A program made the translations under genes and the position numbers. Positions 1 to 12,600 of a stretch of 64,000 nucleotides of DNA are shown here, in pieces. Origin of the DNA: Octopus vulgaris. Its lineage: Eukaryota. Numbering within the stretch: position 1 is the first letter of the stretch; each line of letters opens with the position of its first letter. The notes under the pieces were generated by a model. It had not been told where the DNA came from. It saw only the letters and a program-made list of their open reading frames with translations, and did not search any database. The stretch is taken from contig OX597814.1 of NCBI GenBank assembly GCA_951406725.2, forward strand, positions 92,814,001-92,878,000, in the 5' to 3' direction.

Positions 1-2723
1 AGGTGCCATGCAATGGGACTGAAGCTGAAACCTTGTGGTCAAGAACCAAAAAGCTTCTTACCACATAGCCATGCCTGTGTGTCATAGCTACACTTGCAAC
101 TTATAGCCATGCTCATAGCTACGCCAGTGTCTATATTTATACAGATTTCTGCTTGACAAGTTAGAATCCAGAATTCTTCAGTGATGACTTAATTATTTAT
201 CTTTGTAAGGTAAATAAGCTAAATGTCTAGTAAGCTTCAAAGATTTGACTGTTTTTACAAAAACAACCATTTGTATCATAAGTAATTTGGTAGATTTACT
301 AAAAAGTGCTTTCATTCTTGGTAATGAGTTCTGTTTCTTTCTTGTTTTTGTGTTATTTTGACTCTCTAAATCAGTGTTTTCTAACTCCTATTCCATCAAT
401 TCTGAGACCCCCTTCGGTCACGACACAGACCATGGGAATGCACCGAGAAAGTTACCCTTCCAGGCACAAGTCTAGGCAAGGTTGTTTATGGAAGACCAGC
501 AGTTGCCCATGCATACTGGCCTCCCCTCTCCACACCACCAGTGTTATCCAAGGGAAAGGCAATGCCTGATACAGCTTGGCACCTGTGACGTCGCAACTCA
601 TTTCTACAGCTGAGTGGACTGGAGCAACGTGAAATAAATTGCCTTGCTCCATCAATTCAGAGGGGAAAAAAAGAGATCACTGAATAGCTCAATGGCCTGA
701 TATATTTTCACAGAAGATTGTAAACAATGCCTTTGTGTGGAAAATGATTTTGTCTTTAATCAACATGCAAATGTTAAAACAAGAAGACACAAATACTCTC
801 TCACTCATGCGTGTGTACACACATACCCACACATGCACACTTAGACACAGGGCTTGTCTTAGAGTTTTCATCTACCAAGTCACTCAAGGTATTGGTCAGT
901 TCATGGCCATAGTAGGAAACACCAGCTTGTAGCCCCACATAATAGGAATGAACCCTGAACAAATATGTGTGTATGCTGGCAGGTGAGCATGTTTGTTTGG
1001 TTAAAAAATTTGCCTCCCAACCACATGGTTTTAGGTTCAGTTTCACTGCATGACATCATGAGTAACTGTCTTCTACTATAGCCCTGGGCTGACCAAAGCT
1101 ATATGAGTTGATTTTGAGATGGAAACTGAAAGAAGCTTGTTGTGTGTGTATTACAAAACAGCTGTTAACTAATGGAATAAACATCTATTCTCTCACTTTA
1201 CTGCTCATATCCTGTTAGTTTTTATACATACACTCTGCCATTGCAATTCTTGGATCTTGAGAACAACACTGAGGTTACATCCTAGCCTTAACCAGTCTTC
1301 CTTGATTACCATGAACCAAGCAGAGCTTACTGTGACCTCTGTTTGATTCTTGTGTGTGTGTTTGTGTCTCCTTTCTTGATAGTTGTAAATGAGCATCACT
1401 GTCACATAGCTGGTGTCCTTTATTTTCAATCTTCCATGAACACATGTCCAGCCATGGGGAAATATTGCTTTTCTTGGAAACGTGAGGATTAATGATGGGA
1501 CATGCATCTGGCTGTAGAAAATCTGCCTTATTGAATTCTGGCTGATCCATGTGAGCATGGAAAATTGAATGTTAAAATTTTATATATATATATACTAACT
1601 TAAAAGCTGCACTCCTTGCAGATTTTAAAGTTAGCTCCTGTAGAGGGCTAATTGGGCCTGTTGCCCAAAACTAAAGAGAGCTAAATAACATGACTATAAT
1701 ACATCTATAATGACTATATGGTGTTTGGTCAGAGGTTAAGGATGGATGAGAATTAATTCTGTAATGCAATCATTCTGTTGTTCCAATCCCAAGTTGAATT
1801 CCAACTGTTGGCCAGTTTGTCCCAAAGTTCTTATCTCGATATAAAATTAATGAATTGAATGTCGTTTATCTCTCCCTTGATTTCTGACATCATCTGACAC
1901 ATTCCAACCAAGATGGCATGACTCAACCAAGCTTTACCTGCTAGAAATAGCAACCCAAATACTTTTAAATCAGATCCCAATGCTGTATGTTCAAGAACCA
2001 AATGAATCCCAGAATCATCTTGATTCTAAAAAGTATACTATGTCTATGTACAGCAAATGTAGACTGAGATACAGGGGTACCAGATGGACAGACTGAACTT
2101 CACTTTTATTATTATAGATATATAAAATTTAACGCCCATTTTCCATGCTGGTTTGGATTGAATGGTTTGAGTGACAGGATCTGGCAAGCCATAGGGCTGC
2201 GCTGAGCTCCAGTGTCAGCTTTGGCATGTTTTCTATGATTGGGTGCCCTTTCTAATGCAAACCACCTTACAATGCATACTGGGTGCTTTTCTTGATGCCA
2301 CCAACACCAGTGAGGTTGTTGGATAAGCTACAAGATAGAAAAGGACAGGAAAGCGAAAAGCCCCCATGGCTATGTGGGGAGTTGAAGGTTTTATGAAGTA
2401 GGAGGTGGCTTTATGCCTGGTACTGACAGCTAGAGTATGGTAGAGGGACAAGAACAGGTATCTTGCTACAGAGGAAACACATGGCTGCCTTACATTTTAT
2501 AAAGGTGATTAGTAGTAATTAGGGAAAATATAAAGAAGAAAGGTGCTAGTGATGTGCCAGAACAAACTCTCAAGGTAGGTAAGCATATGAGTGGATACTG
2601 ACAGTGGATCAAAGGGGCTCAGATGGGGATAATTTAATGAGAATGTAAGGGGAGAGAGTAACAAATGGTGGGCAGAGGTGAATATATTGAATGATGTACA
2701 AGAGGTGAGGTTTTTAGGAAATA

Positions 2724-3959
2724 CAGAGTGGCCCAAAAGTCACTAAGGGATTTCAAAATTTAAAAACTGTATTTTTCAGTTTAAATTAACAATACCATTA
2801 TATTTTATAGAGTAAATAGGGGAAAAAAAGTACTTGTGAAAGATTAATGTTTCAAGTGGCATCCTTGTTCAGTTTTGCACAAACTTGCTCTTTTGAAGGT
2901 ATTTTTCATCACAGCCCTCAGGTGCTCTGATTTCTGTTTGAACATTGACCATCAGCTGTTGGAGAGTCAGAGGGTTGTTGACATAAACCTTTTCTTCAAG
3001 ATAGCCCCAGAGGAAAAAAATCAGGGCTTGTCAAATCCAGGGAATACAGTGGCCAGTTTATATCACAACCACAAGAAATTATTCTTTCTCTAGAAATTTG
3101 CCCGAGAAGCTGGATTGTGGTGGCCCTTGCCAAATGAGCTGTTACTCCATCTTGTTGGAACCATATGTCAGATTTATTTTGAAGTGATGGCTGATATTGG
3201 TCTCCTATCACAGTAACATGGTTGCAGTATTGTCTTCCAAAAAGTGAGGTTTGATCACCTCATGTTAACCCACACCATACCATATACTTAATGGGGTGCA
3301 ATTCTTTTTGGACAATCACTGTAAGATTTTCCAAACTCCAAATCCTGAAATTTTGTATGTTAAAGCCATTTAAATGAAAATGTGCTTTGTCTGACATTAT
3401 CAGTTTGTGGATTAATTCAGGATCTTCTCATGCTAATTCTTGAATTCTAACTGCATATTGCAGTCTCTGATCATCTCATGGTTTCATGTATAGCACTAAC
3501 TGTATTTTGTATGAAGACAGGTTGATTCTCTTAAGAATTTGTTAGAATGACATCAAAAAGATCTCAACTTATAGAGTCTCCTCAAGTTGATGTGCTTTAA
3601 TCTTCTTTGACTCTCTCTCTTATTCACTCAACTACTCCTTTATTCCTCACTGAACATGGTGTACCACTTTGTGGATGGTCAATTACTGAACCTTTACTCT
3701 CACAATGGTGAATCAAATTCCTAATCATGGAATCACTTGGAGAATCTCCTAATGTAATGGTGATGATATGCTTGTTGAGTTTGAATCATCAATCCTTGGT
3801 TTGGGTAAAAAAATTTCATTTGTGTTCATTGTTTAGTTGTGTATTTTTCCACAATTAATTTCCAAAGCCTCTTTCATAAAATTCCTGAAAGAAAAGGAAA
3901 AAAGTTAATAAACAAAAATATATTAAACAGTCAGACCTTGTAACTTTTGGGTCATCCTG
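2724..3959 (-). mobile_element. Decayed Tc1/mariner DNA transposon, DD41D (rosa/Visitor)-like
   Basis: TA on both sides; imperfect TIRs CAGAGTGGCCCAAAAGTCAC / CAGGATGACCCAAAAGTTAC; transposase relic SDKAHFHLNG...WFQQDGVTAH...WPLYSLDLTSPDFF with ~41-42 aa between the second and third D. Confidence 0.82.
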
Positions 3960-4509
3960 TATCAGTGTGGAGAGGGAGTAAGGTAAGAGAGATTGCAGTA
4001 GCTCAGGAATGAGGATAGATTATAAGATAGGGAGGTAATGTACAAAGTGTAGGAGTGATGTAGACAGAGGTGTGTTTCATGGGTAGACCTGATGGGAAAT
4101 ATGAGAGGGTGTTGAGGATGATAGGTGCAGGAGGTGATAAGCTGAAGTATGGTAGCAGAGAAAGCTATCTGAAGGCATAGAAAGATGTTCAGTGAGAATT
4201 AATTCAATGCTTTTAGCATTCAGATTACTCTGTCAAATGTAATGCCTTTTTATTCATATTGTTTTAAATTAATCATTCATTAGTCCAATAATTTGAAAAT
4301 TTGTTAAGTAAAAGCTGACTGTTCTGTTAAAGGTACCAGTTATTGAAAGGGTTACTGATTTATATCTGACCATGTTAGTGTGCTGTGTTCCTGGTTATGA
4401 GATTTAAAACTTACGTCAAGACTGGAATTTACAAATGAATAATTATATGTATATAGATATATATATACACACACACAGAAGGACACATAATTATTGAATA
4501 TTTTCTTTT

Positions 4510-4700
4510 TCTTTTATTTGTTTAACTGTTGCCATGCTGGAGCACTGCCTTTAGTCGGACAAATTGACCCAAGACTTATTCTTTGTAAGCCTAGTACTTA
4601 TCCTATCAGTCTCTTTTGCTGAACCATTAAGTTACTGGGACATAAACACACCAACATCGGTTGTCAAACGATGGTGGTGGAGACAAACACAGACATACAA

Positions 4701-4755
<55 letters not shown>

Positions 4756-4917
4756 CAACAGGCTTTCAGTTTCCGTCTACCAAATCCACTCACAAGGCTT
4801 TGGTCAACCCAAGGTTATAGTAGAAGACACTTACCCAACCTGCCACACAGTGGGACTGAACCTGGAACCATGTGGTTTCTAAGCAAACCACTTACCATAC
4901 AGCCACTCCTGCACCTA
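4510..4917 (-). mobile_element. SINE family A copy with (CA)n(TA)n
   Basis: Same head, body and tail; further copies at 1-78, ~850-1140, 30345-30752, 39432-39790, 47262-47430. Confidence 0.78.
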
Positions 4918-5635
4918 TATTTCTTAATTTTTGTACTGAAAATATATCAAAATCTCCAATAGACTGCTATCCAAAGAGAGTGATAATCTTTTAAATACTG
5001 TTTTGTGTATAGAAAACTATCATGCAGTGATACCTCTAGGTAACACCAGGCATTATTTCAAATATAGAAAGATAGAGATCTTTATTATTAAAGGCAAAAT
5101 AGTAATAAGGTAAATAATCTTTTGAGAGCATTTAGTTAAAAATTTCATTGATATTATGTTTTATTTATACTTCATCATCATCAGCTTCAGCATCAGCAAC
5201 AACAAAAGAAGCATTGGATTAGCAAAGAAGTAGAAAAAATAGTTTTGTGGAATTTAGTTACATCCCTTTATTCAATTCCTGCCAAAGTTGATATTTAACT
5301 TTCTGTGTCAATACCCTACTGGTTAAGTATTGAAGATAATCTAATTATATCTTTCTGCCTTTGTTAGTTGAGAGAGAGGATGTGGGACTGGCAGAATTAT
5401 TAGAGCATTAGACAAAGTGTATTTGTTCTAGCTCTTTACATTGTGAGTTCAAATCCTGCCAAGATCAACTTTGCTTTTCATCCCTTCAGGGTCATTAAAT
5501 ATAAACTACCAGGTCAGTACTATGGTCCATTTAAATGACTAATCTCTCTTCCCATATTTCTAGCCTTGTATACCTATATTAGAAATGATAGTTGTTATTA
5601 ACACTTTATTCAAGCCAGCCATAGTGGACCCAAAT

Positions 5636-5975
5636 ATTCTACCTGTTTTGTGTTCAAACTGACCAGATCAGGCCTTTCACAACTACCCTGCAATGTTGTT
5701 CTTATTCTAAAAGTAAACAAATATACCATCAAAATCTCAAATCTACAAGATAATATATGATCAATTCAAGGCAATTTGAATAAATAAATGTTACATTTGA
5801 CATTATTCTGTCAAATGTAATGTTTATTTATTCATATTGCCTTGAATTGATCATGTATTATCTTGTAGATTTGAGATTTTGATGGTATATTTGTTTACTT
5901 TTAGAATAAGAACAACATTGCAGGGTAGTTGTGAAAGGCCTGATCTGGTCAGTTTGAACACAAAACAGGTGGAAT
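5636..5975. repeat. 340-bp near-perfect palindrome built from two inverted copies of the TTAA-MITE body
   Basis: Arms 5636-5802 and 5809-5975 with a 6-nt loop and few mismatches. Confidence 0.9.
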
Positions 5976-6056
5976 CAGTGGTGGGTGATGTGATACAAAA
6001 TCCTTTTATGCTTCAGTTGTTATTTTTTTTATTGTTTTAAACATTTTCTTTTTTAG

Positions 6057-6696
6057 GCCGTTGATCTTCATCTCCGCCTGCGACGAGTGGTTGACTTCAC
6101 AGAAGGTAGTATATATGGCTGGATGTCAGACAAAATACATGACTCAACCCTTGCTCACTTAATCGGGCGGTGTACAGAACTGGAATACATTTATGGCTTC
6201 CACCCTCATTACATTGGCCAGCGGAGGCAGCGAGGAGTTAATATGTTAAGTATACCTGGTGTCGTTCATGCCATGTCATCAGCTCCAAAACTGAAAGGGA
6301 TCGAAATTTCAGATATTTTCTTGTTGGAAGCTATTTTGAAATATCTCCCCAAGCTTGAAATTTTGGGCACATTTAAGAACCGTGACTGTTTCTTCCCAAT
6401 TTTCTGCAACAACAAACTGTCCCTGCTTTCAAATCCTTTGATTACATCCTTGCACCTCACTGGAGTTGTCATACCTGAATTACCTCGTATGCAAACTTTG
6501 AAGCACTTGTATCTACGCTTTGTACGGCTCACTCAACACCAACCATTTCGTGACTTTGCTGCTCCTTCCCTGCGGACTTTTGTTATGGCCCATTGTGCCG
6601 GACCTATCAACCCTCTAAGGCATGTCCCGTTGATCACATCTTTGGCTATGGCAAAGTCACTTCAACGTTTGGAGCTACTCAGGGTGCCATTTCTAG
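6057..6696 (+). CDS. FBXO38: FBXO38 exon (AVDLHLRL...RVPFL)
   Basis: ttttag acceptor, gtgagt donor; LRR-like region matching the FBXO38 N-terminal half. Confidence 0.93.
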
Positions 6697-9600
6697 GTGA
6701 GTATTTTTATTTCATGTTTTTCAAAAATTTTTTCTCTGCGAATAATGGAAGTGTGTGTTGCTGGCAATCACTAGACAGATGTCTCTGCTCTTCTGATTTT
6801 GTCAGCTGGATTCTGTTTGTCACCCAAACATATTCGATATATCTATCTGTCTTTCTTTCATCACCTCCATATTTCACATACCAGAACTCAATTTTCCCAA
6901 TCCTTTCTATCAAAATTTGCATTTCTCTGAGGCTGTCTCCTATATATATGTGTACGTATGTATGTATATATGGGCATATATGCATATACATATGCATATT
7001 CAATTGATTCATTGAACTTTAAGGACCAGATCACAAAGTGGTGGTGTCATTATTTATTATATGTATATTTGTGTGGGTGTGTGTATACATGTATGTATGT
7101 ATATATTTATGTCTGTATGCATATAGCACAGGAATATCACTTGAAAAGATATGAATACCATTCAAGATGTTTTGTCTGCAACACCAATAACTGGTAATTA
7201 TTTAGTAAAGGACCAAAATTAAATTTGTTAGAGAATTTTGATATTCTACTCACCTGTACTTTTATAAATGTATCGTCTAATACATTTTTATGTAATTTTT
7301 ATCCTAGGTGGACTAATTCAGCATATTGTGGATGACAGTTGGCGTGTACAGGGCTTTCGAAACCTGCAGGCTATTACATTTGGTGCCTGTAAACATGCTT
7401 TGGAAGTGGATCTTGGTTTTCTAATTATTACCTGTGAAGCAAAGTATGAAACCTTTCTTTCTTTACTTTTTTTTTATTCACTTTTCTTAATTTTCTTATT
7501 GATTAAATGAATTGACTACTTTTTACCTCTTGAGATTATGTACAGGTTTACCTGATTTTGCATGCCATGAACTATAAATTTTTCTAGCTGTTGTGTTTAG
7601 CAGCCCCAGTTCTCTGAGTGACACTAGAGCAGCCCTAGAAACTTCCATCCACATTTGATCAACTTGTCGTAAGTTGAAAGTGGAACATCTACATAGGCAC
7701 TCTGACACTCAAAATATAACAGCTAAATTTTCCTCAAACTTATTATTTTCTTTAGTGTACATGGACCACATTATAGACAGAAATTCTTTAATGAATTATG
7801 TAATTCTAGTCTTAGGACAGTATCTTCAACAACAAAGATGAAATGGCCTCAGTAAGAATGCCAATCATATGGCTCATTGAATCCTTGCTACTTTAACCTC
7901 CATGCCATAGGTTTACTGTAATAGAACTAATTAATGTTGTTTTATGTGAATGTTTAATGGGATGGGTTATTTTTATATGTTGGAGAAATATGTTTTACAA
8001 CTTGGTGCTTTCTTTTTGTTAGCCAACAGTGAAGTAGAATTAAAATTTGTTTTTATCAGACATAACATTTTAAGTTATGTACCTTCCTCATTAGCTTAAT
8101 TTAATGATTCTTGATGGTATGGTTTGAACTCTTAACCATGTAGTCAGTAGTTTAGTATCTTAACCCCCTGTACACAAATGAAATTACTAGTGTTACATAA
8201 AGATATATAACATCTTGTAATTCATCACAGATACTCATTTGCAACAGCTATAGGATGGACTTTTGAAATGTTATATCTACTGATGATAGAAAGGACTGGC
8301 TGTGTGTTTCACTCAACCTGCTAAAAATAGTAGCTAAAGCTCTGCAAGTCATGTTCTACCATAAAGAACACACTGATGAATATGATCAAAAGTATTCTAG
8401 CCAAATAGGTTTGGCTGGAATACTTTTGATCATAGCTCTACTTGATCAAGGTTTACTTTCAGAAATTTGAAGGAAATGAAAGCTGTTGTTTACTTAGGCA
8501 CAGATGATCATTTGTTTCAGACCCCTAGGAAACCAGCCCTTGTGCTCAGTAGCCACATCTATGTCCTCTACCACTGAGACTGATGAGCCAATGAGGGGGA
8601 CATTGCATAATGACTTGACCTGCTAGAAGTAGCAGCCAAATCTTTAAATCACACCCTACAGCTTAAGAACAGGACACCTTCTATAATATAATCCTAGATA
8701 AAATTGGATAGTTGTTAAAGGATAGCTTTTTATCATAGGCCTGCTCAGCTAGGGCTGACATGGAGAGCTAAAAAGCAACAACTATTGGAATTGATTCATT
8801 GAACTTTAAGGACCAGATCACAAAGTGGTGGAACATTATTAATTATGTAATATACTGTTAAGATATTTTATTTCTTACATTTTTTTCCCTACATATTTTC
8901 TTCAATGTTTTAATAACTTTTTCTCCTTCTTTCTAGACTAACCGATCTATGTGTGCAGCCATCTCTAACAAAGGACAACCTCTTCTCTGCTCTCACTATG
9001 GCTGAAGTTACATTCCCAAATTTCAAGTCTTTAACTTTAGGTTTTGTAGACTCTTTCCCTGAACCAGGTAAGCTGACAATACTATTATTCAACCATTCTA
9101 TGAGGCTAGAAATAGAAATAACAGAAAAAATATGACATATGTATACTCTTTAGAATGCCTTCATTTCTATTTCTTTGTAATTTTAATTTTAGATGTAAAC
9201 TATATTTACTTTTTATTTTTTAGGTAAATGGACTGCTGAAGAACTTCTGACAGAAGGTCTGGTTGAAGTACAAGAGAATCCAGCTATGATCACAGATATT
9301 GGGATGAAGGCAGTGGGACGTTGTTTTCCATCTGTTAGCCATATGGAAATCTATAATTGTCCTCACCTTCATTACCCAACTTCTTGGTTTCATCCAGGTG
9401 ATAATATATTTTTTTAATTTAGTTAAGAGGTACAGTGGCTATAAGTTTAAAAGTGTTAGGTTATTAATTAGAATATATTTTGAATTTATTGAACCTTATT
9501 AAATCATCTTATCTATCTTCACAAAAATTGTAATTGTTTTGAAACCAACTAAAATTATCTTAGAATTTAATTTAGTGAATCATATTGTTTTTCAGTTCAA

Positions 9601-12600
9601 CAATAATGTAGAATTAAAACTGAATTTCTTTTTTTATTCAATGATTTTTATTTCTCATAATTTAGCAAAGAAGATTTTATATTATTGTAGTGTCACAATT
9701 TTTCACATTCAGTTTCAAAGATATTTTAAAGCACAGTGAATCTAACATTTGCATTCAGGTATAATGTGAGATAAGCATATTTGAAATCAGTGTACTGAGT
9801 TATCATAAAGCTCACCTTAACATGATACTGTACAAACTTGAGTCCATGTCAAACTCTTGTGTTCTAAAGTAGTTGGCTGCTTTTCAGATTTCCAGGTTCA
9901 TTTCATTTAAATGACCAATGTCCTTTAAAAGACTATGAACATCAACACAATTTCATTTTCACTTTATAACTATTTTCAATTTTTTTTATATGTAATCTAA
10001 GATCTTTAGTGAAATTTGGTTTTATTGTCATGTTATGCAAATATTATGAAAGGAAGTGGAAAAGATTCAAAGTTGTGTCATGTGGCGTAATAGATGGTTG
10101 CCACGATAGACAAATGATGTAAGATGTGAGATGATGTAGTTGTGTTGGATTCAGGCTATGTATAATGAATATACATCTGTGAATGATTAGCAGAACTTTA
10201 TTTCACTGCACAAATAATTTTCATGTTGATCATGAGTTAGAAATTGCAACAACAAAGTTTACACACTGGAAAGAATATTATTTAGCTCTTACAAATAGTT
10301 GATGAATAAGGCTCTGTAGTTAAGCTGCCAAGACAGGAGAAAATATACCATGCTGGATTCAGGTCATTGAACCATTGCAGCATGTCTAGGTTGAGTAAGA
10401 GCCATGATAAGGACTGTTAAAAGCAGCTAAAGCAGTGTGATTAGCTTAGCTGTGACTGACCACAAACTGAAGAGGTGAGATGTGTGAAAGTGAATTGGCA
10501 GGTCTCTGCGCGGATATACCTGATAAGAGTGGAGGTGCATTATCGCCCAGATGTGCTGTTTATAGGCCTTGTTAAGGAACATTTTATAGACCTCTAGAAA
10601 GATGCTTCACATGATGTCTGGGTGCTGGCTGGTTTATAACTCAGAGCTGATCACATGAAAGGCTGTTACTAAGCCGTGATTTTAACTTGGCAGTTTGTCG
10701 ACTCGGTTTCAAATCTTACTACAGTTGAATAACAAATATCAAAAACAACAATTGAAGCATATGAACTGAATTGTAATATTCATAGTTGCTCAACATATTC
10801 ATATGTATACTTATTAATAGTGCAAAGCAATGTTCAGCTGATTTTCTGTCATTGGTTACCTGTATTATACAAAGTCTGAATATTTATGCGTCTTAGTATA
10901 TATAAAACCCATCCTAACATGGTTGTGTAACCTGAATTATCAAACTAAGTACAAAAGCTCGTCAGTACTGCACAGATGTGTCTCTTAAGTAAAAACCTAA
11001 AAGTGTTCTATGCTAATGAGCAGAGACCAACTGAAAGCTTCATGACAACATAAAGAAACAACAAGCTCAGTTCACTGGACACCATATGAAAAGAAAGAAA
11101 AAACCTTGAGGACTTGGTGACAACCAAGAAACTCGAAGGAAGAAGAAATCAGAGAAGACAGAGAAAGAAATACTTTATGACTGATAATTAATGGTTTTAC
11201 CATCTGGTTTCAAAGAGGACCAACCCAATAATATACTAAATTGAGTGTGGGACAGGAGGGCGTGGAAGTCCATGATCATCCATGCCAGTTGGCATAACAT
11301 ATGAAGATGATTATTGATTATAAAAACTCAAGTGCTTCCCATAAACTTTGTTATAGATAGCTTTTAATTAGATGTACTTTTGCATATATTAGTTGATGTC
11401 TTTTGAATTTGTGTAAAAATGCAATTTTTTTTCCCTCCTTTTACTTTTATCAGATACCAATTGCTGGTCAAACTTGAAAAATTTACATCTCAGAAGATGC
11501 CATGCAATACGGCTTGAAGATTTAAATGCATTTATACCAATGCTTCCATCTTTGTTGTCCCTACATTTAGAATTTATGCTGAGAGAACCACCGAAAGGCT
11601 GTGCAAGGTGAGTGTGTTTTTTTTGTACTCATTTTTATCTCCCTGAAATTCCCTGAAATATGTTTCACTTTTTGCTCTTCCCTACAGCAGAATGGTTTAA
11701 AGGATTGTTATAAAATAAAACATAATTTAGTTGGCCAAAAAATGCTTCGTGTATAAATTTGAACAGGTCTAGAATTAATTTTTTTTTTAGTGTCAATGTA
11801 TAATTATAACATTGACAGGATCTCATTCAAATCTGAAGGAAGAGTGTCATCATATTAGCAATAAATGTGCATAAATTAAGTAACTACTAAAGTAACATTT
11901 AGTTATGTCACTTAACCCTTTAGTATTCAAATTACTCTGCCAAATGTAATACTTATTCATTCACTTCGTTTTGAACTAATCATGCATATTAACTTGTAGC
12001 TTTGAGATTTCTATGATGTGGTTGCTTATTTTTAGATGTGAGAGGTCAGATCTGGCTAGTCTGAACATAAAACAAGTAGGGTATTTCAGTCTGATGTAGG
12101 CAGTTTAAATACTAAAAGGTTAAGGTGTTTTTTTGTTTGTTTCTTTTAACAGAGTTGGCCTTAGTGCCGGGACTGGGCTTGGAGTTTCATCTGCTCTTGT
12201 ACAGAATAATGGAGCCGATGCCCATAACCAACCAAATGCTGCAGGTGCTGGGGCTGCAAATAATCAAGGGGACCAACCTCCAGCTCAAGCTGCTCCTGTG
12301 CCTCCAGCAGCAGCGGCCGCAGCAGCAGCAGCAGCAGCACCTGCAGAAGCAGAACCTCAACACAACAATGCAGAGGCTGATGCAGCAGTAGCAGCAGCAG
12401 CAGCATACCCTCCTCCTCCTCCTCCAATGTCACCGCCTCCATTGCCACCTTCACCCCCACCGTTGCCACCTTCACCGGAACAACCTCCACCACCCCTACC
12501 ACCACCTCCTGACCAACTTGCACCATTGGCAACATCAGCACAACCATTGTCACCACCGCTATTGCCTGAACACTCAACTTCACAGTCACCACTCCCGCTC

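Noticed and set aside
4564-4962. Recurrent 60-130 aa ORFs (e.g. [24 protein letters not shown]) throughout the window
   Set aside because: Translations of SINE/retroposon copies, not genes.
1-6056. FBXO38 F-box/start exon
   Set aside because: No F-box-like coding segment found; the region is repeat-filled intron, so the 5' exon(s) are presumably upstream of the window.
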